Of a stretch of 64,000 nt of DNA, positions 56,630-64,000 are shown in pieces. Every line of letters starts with the position of its first letter. Position 1 is the first letter of the stretch. The stretch is taken from contig JACPUH010000012.1 of assembly GCA_016192345.1 (NCBI GenBank), forward strand, positions 5,342 through 69,341, in the 5' to 3' direction. The DNA is from Ignavibacteriales bacterium. GTDB taxonomy: Bacteria > Bacteroidota > Ignavibacteria > UBA10030. The notes under the pieces are model-generated. The model ran no database searches. It had not been told where the DNA came from and was given only the letters and a program-made list of their open reading frames with translations. Made by a program: the position numbers and the translations under genes.

Positions 56630-56800
56630 GTATGACTCCACGCAGTCCCGACCAAGAGTGCCGGGATTCTAAAAAGTTCGATCCGCCCGCTGGGAAACGC
56701 TCCTGCCCGTCCGGGCTGGCATAGGAGATTTTGGCACCTGCGCTTTGTGAACGTAGCGCCGGTTGGCTTCTTCGTCTCGGATCATAGGACCGATAGTCTC

Positions 56801-59800
56801 TCACAGTTCCAGCTTCAAACCGACGCGGACTTCCCGCGGAGCACCATAAATATCCCTGCCTGTGGCACTGACATACGCCCAGCGGTTATTGATGTTGATC
56901 GCCCGGTAAAACTCGTCGTAATTTGGGATCTCCCTGTACGGAGCTGCGAAGTGACTGCGCAGCCATCCGTCGTCAGTCGGAGTACCGGTGTTCCGGAAAA
57001 CATTCACAACATGCTTCGTATCAAACAGGTTGAAGACGTTTACATACAACTCACCCGTAAAGTCGTCAAAGAAAAACACCTTGTTGAGGCTCAAATCAAC
57101 ATTGAATACCCATGGAGTCGAGGAAGAGTTGATCGGCTCGGCTGGAAGGTGCACACTTGCCATGCCGACGTTCCAAGGGTTCGACTGACCAAGCTCCTCG
57201 GGCTCTTCGCCCTTCGTGTAGGGATGGCCACTGTTAAAGGTAAGCACTGCATTTGCCCCAAACCCTTGCAGAATCTTGCCCCCCTCCCCGTTGCCCCACC
57301 GGTAGTCGAGCATAATTGTCCCGCGATGTGTCTGGTTGTAATCCAACTGGTTGATAAAAGAAGGGAACCTGCCGGCCGCATCGGCGGAAACAGCGCTGAA
57401 AGATGAAACCGGATTGGAGGCGGTTCCGCGCGCGTCCGACAACGTGTAGTTCACGTTTGCCCGAAGGCGGTTGGTCCGGCGAAGCTCGAGAGTCAACTCA
57501 AGCCCCTTTACCGTGCCGAAGGCCGGGTTTCCATAGGAAACAAAGAGCGGAACACCGAGATCGTTTGTGACGCGGTTCAACTGGATCTGATCCTTCAAAT
57601 CCTTGTAGAAGCCGGTCGCCGTGAACGCGAAGTTGTCGAAAAGGATTTGACGGATACCCACTTCATACTGCGTCGTTCGCTCGGGCTTTACCAAAAATCC
57701 CATGCCGCCGCTCGTTGACAGTGCGTAGCCCACCCGCGTCTGAGGACTGATCCGGGAGGCGAGAAACCGTACACCGTCGTAGAGACGGTTTAACTCCGGC
57801 AACTGCGCATACTTGCCGTACATCGCATAGAACACCGTCCGGTCATTGACTGGGAATGAGAAGCTCACGCGCGGTAACAGCAGATGCGAAGGATCGGTCT
57901 CCTTCAGCCAATCGTCACCTGTGAAATAGTCCAGATGTTCGTCCCAAGTCGGATTCACATAGTCAATCGGAGCGACGTTCTTCATATCAAAGAGTTCATA
58001 ACGCACGCCGAGGTTTAACACGAGGTCGTTGAACTCGAACTTGTTCTGAATATAGGCGGATGCAAAGAACGGTTTGCGCGGGCCGGCGAATCCGTCATCG
58101 ATCTTGTTGCCGTCAATATCATATCCGTACAAATTCATCCCCCCCTGCCGTTGCACGAAGATATCATATTCCTTACGCAGGTTCGCATCTCCAGCCAGTT
58201 TGTCGGCTGTGTACGTGTCACCGGACTGTGCGAGGAACGTATTGAGCGTGCCAATAGCCCCGACCGAGAACAGTCTCATGGTCCAGGAGTCTATCTTACC
58301 TCCAGCTTTCAACTCCCACCGCGGATTGACCTGGGAGGTAAAGTCCACCGTGAGGCCTATGGAGTTCTGGCTGTTGAGCTGATAACTATTATTCGGGGCA
58401 AATTCGTGGGTGAAGCCAGGGTCGGGGAAATTTGGGGCGAATCCATAAATCGTGGAATAGTTTGCTGGACCTTGGAATCGCGTTAGGAATTCCGTCGAGC
58501 CGTTGGCCGTCATGTATCCCTTGTCTCTGGATGCGACGCTGTCGTTATACAACTTCCAGTCGTCCCCGAAGTCCGGATCATAGGCCCGGAAATCCCGGTT
58601 CAAATACGACGCACCCACTTCGTAGAACGCTTTGGGACCCAACACGTGGGTCACGCGGAGGTTGGCGAGCATGTTCTTTGTCTTGTTACGATAGTCACGC
58701 CGCCAGAAAAGATTTCGCAGGGCGTCGGGCCAACTGTGTCCCGTCGGGAGATCCACCTCGCCGTAGCTGCCGGAGAAGCGAACCTTCCATGGGTTCATAT
58801 CCCACAGCAGCGTTCCCTGGGCTGTGTTTTCATTGCGCCAGTTCTTGTACAAATAGTTCCGTTTGATCTCGATCGTCCCGGGCAACGGCGTGCCTTCGAC
58901 TCTGGTGCCGAAGGCATCGGTCACCATGTTCTCAAACGAAAAGGGCTCAAGATACATGCTGCTCCGGTTGCGAAGATAGTTGTGCTGGCCGGCAACGAAA
59001 AATCGGAGGTTCTCCAAGATGGGACCGCTCACTGTGAGGACGACGTTCCTGAAACCGCGGGCCGAAGTACCGAGGAACTGTTTGCCCGGTTTTGCAAAAT
59101 CGTCGGTCTGGACGTCCAGGGAAGCCCTGAACTGTGAGCCCCCCGTGCGCATCGTCGTGCGGACGATACCGGAGTTGGCTCCCCCGAACTCAGCCGTATA
59201 TCCGCCGGATTGAAGCTGAATCTCCTCGATCGCTTCCTGGATCGGGCTGATCGCCTCGCTCCTGAACAGCGGGTTGGTCGCCGTCGCGCCGTCGATAAAG
59301 TACGCCACTTCACCGGCACGACCGCCGCGAACATAAAGGGTCCCATCCTGCTGCATGACACCTGCACTGAGCGCAAGGATGTTCTGCAGGCCGCGGAAAG
59401 AAAGCGATCGAATATCCTCTTGTGTTTGCATCCGGACGGTGTTCGTGGTGTTGCGCTGGATGAGCGGGCGCTCGGCGGTAATGACGATTTCACGTGTTTG
59501 GATGAGCGTGCTCTGTAGGTGAAAATCCTGCGTGGTGGTAAGATTTGCGCTGACCCGGATATTACTGACCGTGATAGCCCCATATCCGATAAACGATGCT
59601 TTCACCGTATAGGTGCCGGGCGGAACACTCAGCACAATATACTCGCCGTTGATGTCTGACGCGGCACCGATCGTTGTTTCCTCCATGATCACGTTGGCGC
59701 CGATGAGCGGCTCGCCGGTTGCTCCGTCAGTAACCCTGCCTCGCAATTTCCCATCCTGGGCACTCACCTGCGCCGAAATCGCCACCATCGACGCAATCAG

Positions 59801-59821
59801 AAGAAATAGGGCTCCCCTCAT
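56801..59821 (-). CDS. TonB-dependent outer-membrane receptor with N-terminal carboxypeptidase-regulatory-like domain (paralog of 31295..33994)
   Basis: Signal peptide. CarbopepD_reg-like N-terminus (GRVTDGATGEPLIGANVIMEET...GEYIVLSVPPGTYT). Plug and 22-strand barrel. Confidence 0.85.
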   Translation of the reverse strand: MRGALFLLIASMVAISAQVSAQDGKLRGRVTDGATGEPLIGANVIMEETTIGAASDINGEYIVLSVPPGTYTVKASFIGYGAITVSNIRVSANLTTTQDFHLQSTLIQTREIVITAERPLIQRNTTNTVRMQTQEDIRSLSFRGLQNILALSAGVMQQDGTLYVRGGRAGEVAYFIDGATATNPLFRSEAISPIQEAIEEIQLQSGGYTAEFGGANSGIVRTTMRTGGSQFRASLDVQTDDFAKPGKQFLGTSARGFRNVVLTVSGPILENLRFFVAGQHNYLRNRSSMYLEPFSFENMVTDAFGTRVEGTPLPGTIEIKRNYLYKNWRNENTAQGTLLWDMNPWKVRFSGSYGEVDLPTGHSWPDALRNLFWRRDYRNKTKNMLANLRVTHVLGPKAFYEVGASYLNRDFRAYDPDFGDDWKLYNDSVASRDKGYMTANGSTEFLTRFQGPANYSTIYGFAPNFPDPGFTHEFAPNNSYQLNSQNSIGLTVDFTSQVNPRWELKAGGKIDSWTMRLFSVGAIGTLNTFLAQSGDTYTADKLAGDANLRKEYDIFVQRQGGMNLYGYDIDGNKIDDGFAGPRKPFFASAYIQNKFEFNDLVLNLGVRYELFDMKNVAPIDYVNPTWDEHLDYFTGDDWLKETDPSHLLLPRVSFSFPVNDRTVFYAMYGKYAQLPELNRLYDGVRFLASRISPQTRVGYALSTSGGMGFLVKPERTTQYEVGIRQILFDNFAFTATGFYKDLKDQIQLNRVTNDLGVPLFVSYGNPAFGTVKGLELTLELRRTNRLRANVNYTLSDARGTASNPVSSFSAVSADAAGRFPSFINQLDYNQTHRGTIMLDYRWGNGEGGKILQGFGANAVLTFNSGHPYTKGEEPEELGQSNPWNVGMASVHLPAEPINSSSTPWVFNVDLSLNKVFFFDDFTGELYVNVFNLFDTKHVVNVFRNTGTPTDDGWLRSHFAAPYREIPNYDEFYRAININNRWAYVSATGRDIYGAPREVRVGLKLEL

Positions 59822-60046
59822 GACTATCTCCTTTGGCTTGCAGACGTTTTTCAGATCACACTGCGGAGATTCGAAACTGATCCTCTTTCCCCGTTATGAA
59901 GCCAAAGCAACCATTCTTCTTAACACTGCCACAACTTTGACATTCTTGTCTGAATAATGAATGCGCCTCAAAAAAAACAGCTGCGTTAGCATCCTCCTCT
60001 TTGGACCCATGCCAATTCCAACATTCGCTCCAACTCCAGAACCGAG

Positions 60047-60272
60047 GGCGCACGTTCACAACATCTGTCGCTCCTTGGGCGAAAGGTTCGGCCGCTTGAA
60101 GATGACCACAATAACGACCGCCCATACCATGACGAGTGTGCTGCCAATCGCAGCGACAAGGCCGGATTTGCATTCCGTACATGCGGTGACGTAATCAAAG
60201 AGACCATGCCAGACTGCGACCAGGAGAATACTTCCCCCGCTGCTGTTATAGAGCCACGTAAGAAAAATGGAA
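60047..60272. repeat. direct repeat copy B (within the 3' end of the intact CPBP gene)
   Basis: See copy A at 53410..53635. Confidence 0.7.
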
Positions 60273-60925
60273 CCTGCGAGAACGCCGATGAGGAATCCAA
60301 GCAGCGTTCCGACGCCCGAGACAGTCTGCAGGTAGAAGAACGATGGAGCATGCCACGTCGCCCAGATGAGCCAGAGGATCACGGAAGCCGACCAGGCGCT
60401 CCGGTCGCGTTGGAGTCTCGGCAAGAGATATCCACGCCAGCCAATTTCTTCCCCAAAACCGTACGTGGCAAGCCAGACAAGGACCACCGCGACACCCATG
60501 TGCGGCAGGAAATCGAAATGATTCAGGATGCGAAAATCCGGTGGAGTGCCCCGCATGAAACCCTCGGTAAAAGCTATGAGCAAGAACAAGAGCAGGGGAG
60601 AAACAGCGACGATCCACCAAACAGCGTTGACCCGCCATTTGAACAACCTCAACAAGAGCTCCTTCAGCCCCGGCAACCCCTTTTCCCTCCAGGTGAGAAC
60701 GATACCGGCAATGCCCGGCCCAAAAGCGGCGAGATAGTGTATCGAGAAAGGCACATCAGCGGAGAGAAGTCCCTGACGTTTCAGAGCAAGCGGAATCTCA
60801 ATTGCCCAGGAGATTGCAAAGGCAATTGCTGTATACGCCAGGAACAGCCGGGATCGATCCGGCTTCTTCGTTCTCTCCCCCTGTGCGTTGTCCATTGTTT
60901 CACCTCCCATGGGAGTTTGTTTCAT
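60056..60925 (-). CDS. CPBP-family (CAAX protease / Abi) intramembrane metalloprotease
   Basis: Motifs EEIGWRGYLLPRL, FYLQ, HGLFD. Multiple TM helices. Start ambiguous (GTG 60937 / ATG 60925 / downstream ATGs). Confidence 0.75.
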   Translation of the reverse strand: MKQTPMGGETMDNAQGERTKKPDRSRLFLAYTAIAFAISWAIEIPLALKRQGLLSADVPFSIHYLAAFGPGIAGIVLTWREKGLPGLKELLLRLFKWRVNAVWWIVAVSPLLLFLLIAFTEGFMRGTPPDFRILNHFDFLPHMGVAVVLVWLATYGFGEEIGWRGYLLPRLQRDRSAWSASVILWLIWATWHAPSFFYLQTVSGVGTLLGFLIGVLAGSIFLTWLYNSSGGSILLVAVWHGLFDYVTACTECKSGLVAAIGSTLVMVWAVVIVVIFKRPNLSPKERQML

Positions 60926-61008
60926 GGGACTTGCCACTGGCGTGTCCGTGTTGAGCGTTGGAGCCGCTGTGTGACGAGATGCAAGCTTTCAGAGATGTCA
61001 GCCGGAAT

Positions 61009-61569
61009 CTATCTCCCAGCCGGCATCGCAAGCACGTCGGCCATGGGGAGCGGTTTCTGATTTGGAACGCTGGAAATCCACTTCTGCACCTGCTCGCTCG
61101 GCTTGAATATTCGGGTGAGGGCGAGGGTCACGTCGACCGTGTCAACCCCCATGCCTCGGTAAATGAGTTCAAACTTCGAGACGATAGTCTGCACTCCGGC
61201 CTCCTCTGCAGCCACAGCAACCTCCGCCTGGTGGTTCTGAAGAATTTCGGACACCGATCCGATACTGAACGCGCGGAGGTGGTTAAGTTTCTGGTACGCC
61301 CCTGCCTTGTTCTCGATGTGCCGGACCAGTGAATCATCCCTGGCCTCCCTGGCCTTCATCATTTCAGCACGAAGGGTTGAGACAAACTGCATTCCCTCGC
61401 TGGAATTCCCAAAGGCGATCGCGATAGCACGGGAATCATAGGTGCCTATACGCACGTTGGCGCGTGATGAGAAGCCGACGAGCAAGACTGCCGTGCAACC
61501 GAGAACCACCAACAACACCATGAGCTTTTTCACGGGTGCCTCCTTTTTGAAGATTTTGGTTATCCTCAT
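61009..61569 (-). CDS. hypothetical secreted protein, possibly OmpH/Skp-like periplasmic chaperone
   Basis: Signal peptide (MVLLVVLGCTAVLLVGF). Helical, charged remainder (RIGTYDSRAIAIAF...KAREARDDSLVRHIENKAGAYQKL) weakly reminiscent of Skp. ATG at 61569 chosen because 61650 is GTG and abuts the next gene. Confidence 0.35.
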   Translation of the reverse strand: MRITKIFKKEAPVKKLMVLLVVLGCTAVLLVGFSSRANVRIGTYDSRAIAIAFGNSSEGMQFVSTLRAEMMKAREARDDSLVRHIENKAGAYQKLNHLRAFSIGSVSEILQNHQAEVAVAAEEAGVQTIVSKFELIYRGMGVDTVDVTLALTRIFKPSEQVQKWISSVPNQKPLPMADVLAMPAGR

Positions 61570-61650
61570 CGCGGCGACCGTTGGGCGATAGCGCGACGTC
61601 ACGTTCCGGGCCTGCAAAACCAAGTTGCTGCTGTCCTTTCGGTTGGCCAC

Positions 61651-63057
61651 CTATCGGATCGAAACAAGTTTCTTTGTTTGGACAAATGACCCCGCGTGTA
61701 ACCGATAGAAATACACGCCGCATGGTAGACCGGTTGCTTCCCACGTCACCTGGTAGCTGCCCGGCCTCGTTTCCTGGTTGACAAGAACTGCGACTTCCCG
61801 CCCGAGCATGGTGTACACCTTGAGCGACACGTACGTTGTAAGAGGTACCGAATAACGGATCAGCGTTGACGGATTGAAGGGGTTGGGGAAGTTCTGGTCC
61901 AGAGAGTAGGTTTCGGGAAAAGCTGATTGATCTGACACTGACGTGACAATTTGATTGATGAAGACGGAAATAGTGTTCCCCGGAGTCCCGTTGTTATCAA
62001 AGTTGGATGTTGCAAGGTCGATATTCCCGTCACCGTCAAAATCCTCTGCAACAACATGTTGGGGGCCGATTCCTGTGGGCAAAGTGAAATGTGGAGCAAA
62101 TGTCCCATCGCCATTGTTTAAGAAAATACTCACGCTATTACACTCATTATTTGTCACTGCCATGTCGACATCCCCATCATCGTCATAATCGGCTGAAGCG
62201 ACGGTATGGGGACGACATCCGGGCCAATCCACTTTTAGATCAAAGCTCCCATCGCAGTTCCCCATAAGTACGGAGACAAAGGGAGTACCGGGCCATGCAT
62301 TAGGCACCGCCAGGTCCAGACAGCCATCACCATTATAATCAGCGACCGAAGGACTTTGGGGGTAAGACCGAACCGTATAGTCAACTTTGGCGGCAGACGT
62401 GCCATTCCCATTATTCAGCATGACCGAAACGCTTGCCGACCCGTTATTGGTCACGACCAAATCAGCATCACCGTCAGAGTCAAGGTCAGCCGAAATAACG
62501 GCGTTCGGGCGAATGCCCGCAGCGTAGAGAACCGGACCCGTAAATACTGCGTTTCCGTTATTGAAGAAGATGGAAAGATTGCCGGAACCTGAATTCGGCA
62601 CGGCCAGATCGTTGTCGCCATCACCATCCAGATCGGGTGCGCAAAGCTTGTGGGCGTTGATTCCGCCGGAGGCAAAACTGCCGGTCACCACAAGGACTCC
62701 CGCACCATTGTTCAGTAGAATAGAGACGCTGTTGGTATAATAGTCTGCCGCCACCAGATCAATGTCGCCATCGCCGTCAAGATCGGCTTCGGCAAGACTG
62801 GGGGCATCACCAACGTTGTATGTAGCAGGTGCTGCGAACGTTCCGTCGCCATTATTGATGAGGACGCAGACTGTAGCTATGCCATCGCTTTCGAATGCCC
62901 CGGTACTGCCGGTAGCCAGGTCAAAGTCGCCGTCACCGTCAAAATCTGCCGAAACCAGATTGTAAGGACGGAGCCCGACATTATATTCGGCCTTGGGCGC
63001 GAACATTTGCGCAACCGACACCGAATCGCTTGCTTCGAGCAAAATGAACACAGCCAT
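61651..63057 (-). CDS. FG-GAP/VCBS-repeat beta-propeller surface protein with T9SS type-A C-terminal sorting domain
   Basis: Seven or more DxDGDGxxD / DYNGDG repeats typical of FG-GAP. C-terminal NFPNPFNPSTLIRYSVP...GVYFYRLHAG T9SS CTD. Confidence 0.8.
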   Translation of the reverse strand: MAVFILLEASDSVSVAQMFAPKAEYNVGLRPYNLVSADFDGDGDFDLATGSTGAFESDGIATVCVLINNGDGTFAAPATYNVGDAPSLAEADLDGDGDIDLVAADYYTNSVSILLNNGAGVLVVTGSFASGGINAHKLCAPDLDGDGDNDLAVPNSGSGNLSIFFNNGNAVFTGPVLYAAGIRPNAVISADLDSDGDADLVVTNNGSASVSVMLNNGNGTSAAKVDYTVRSYPQSPSVADYNGDGCLDLAVPNAWPGTPFVSVLMGNCDGSFDLKVDWPGCRPHTVASADYDDDGDVDMAVTNNECNSVSIFLNNGDGTFAPHFTLPTGIGPQHVVAEDFDGDGNIDLATSNFDNNGTPGNTISVFINQIVTSVSDQSAFPETYSLDQNFPNPFNPSTLIRYSVPLTTYVSLKVYTMLGREVAVLVNQETRPGSYQVTWEATGLPCGVYFYRLHAGSFVQTKKLVSIR

Positions 63058-64000
63058 CAGGAATTTGATTGATTGCTGCGTGGCATTACTCCTTTCTGAA
63101 AAGCTCTCACCGGCGCTCAGCGCAAAATTTGACTGGTGACTGGCCGGGCTGCGTTGCGAAAGACGAACACATCATCGCATGAGTACCGTGTTGCGTGATG
63201 GCTCTTTGTCTTCAAGAATTTGGCAATCCAACGTATGGTTTACCGCGACTTGAGCCGGGAACTCTGCGCGCGTTTCATGAATTGAACAGGAGAATGCAGT
63301 GCGTGTGTCTTTATAAGACAAACCGATTCGATGACGGTAAGAGTTGCAAAATTAAGATTGTTCGGGGAACTGGAAGGACGCGTCATAGCAAAGAGATGAA
63401 CGTGCAGTCCCGGTGATGGCGTCGTCATTGCACCTCCTCTGAGGCGAACGGACGGGTTAGAAAGCTGCGGAGAGCGGGGAACGAGTACGGTCAGGAGGTT
63501 CCTGGTGCGCCGTACTCGACGCTATTGTAGAAAAACGAAGAGCAAGATTCAAGTACGAAATGAAAAAATTGTGCGTTGGTATAAACCGCGTTGCCACTTT
63601 TAGGAACCGTCGATCGATTCCCGTTTTTCCGGAATCGTGGTTCCATACGATGGAGCGGCACCTTGAAAGTGATTTGCCCGCGAATGTCAAAAATGGAAAT
63701 GGCCATTCAGGTCTTCCCTGCGTTGCCACTTTCGAGAAACTCTTCAATCCTCGCGCACAGAAGTGAGGCATTCTGAACACCCAACACCACCGGATGTATT
63801 TTTTTCGACCCCACAAATTTTTATCGCCTCGAAGTACTTTACAATAGTCCTCGACTAACATCTATCACACACCAGCGAATTCCCAGGAGTCCTTGACGAT
63901 GGATGCAACCCTCTTTGAGTCGATGTCCGCTGCAACATGGGCAAAGTTCCGATGAGGAGGCCGCTACGCGGACGCCAGCAATAAGCCTCCAGCGAGCAAG

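Noticed and set aside
1-64000. CRISPR arrays, rRNA/tRNA genes, transposases, integrases, toxin-antitoxin or restriction-modification genes
   Set aside because: None recognisable. No regularly spaced short repeats, no IS-like inverted repeats with transposase ORFs, no recombinase motifs.

Overview
GC-rich bacterial chromosomal window, gene-dense, mostly transcribed on the minus strand. T9SS-type C-terminal sorting domains on at least four proteins and CarbopepD-type TonB-dependent receptors point to the FCB superphylum. Shine-Dalgarno motifs (AGGAGG/GGAGG) precede several genes, so probably not Bacteroidia; more likely Ignavibacteria-, Chlorobi- or Rhodothermia-like. Four blocks: (1) 0.4-17.6 kb, a non-Sus starch/maltodextrin locus: GH97, a CBM-esterase, MalEFG plus MalK ABC importer, two GH13, two GH57, a T9SS-secreted multi-CBM amylase. 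(2) 17.6-24.4 kb, a carbamoyltransferase with SxtJ-like and unannotated SxtK-like small membrane partners, plus two coupled paralogous membrane-anchored SGNH-hydrolase/TPR proteins. (3) 24.5-38.6 kb, T9SS cargo and outer-membrane genes (tandem-CBM starch-binding surface protein; TonB receptor - Ca-binding TSP3-repeat giant - PorV-like barrel operon), then SurA-like PPIase, GH13 and a LacI regulator. (4) 39.2-53.2 kb, a 14-kb co-directional array: sigma54 two-component system upstream of a Cyc2-like porin-cytochrome, an amicyanin-like cupredoxin, and a Rieske/split cytochrome b complex operon that also encodes a GltD-like NAD(P)-linked Fe-S flavoprotein, an octaheme cytochrome c, a monoheme cytochrome c, a cNMP-binding protein and a Cys-rich protein. 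This composition resembles the unusual anammox Rieske/cyt b complexes and the Cyc2/rusticyanin/bc1 logic of iron oxidisers. It is the most interesting candidate system in the window. 53.4-60.3 kb: a ~225-bp direct repeat (partial copy of a CPBP protease gene 3' end) flanks a Ser/Thr kinase and a second TonB receptor. No rRNA, tRNA or CRISPR found. Many long antisense ORFs in the six-frame track are high-GC shadows.
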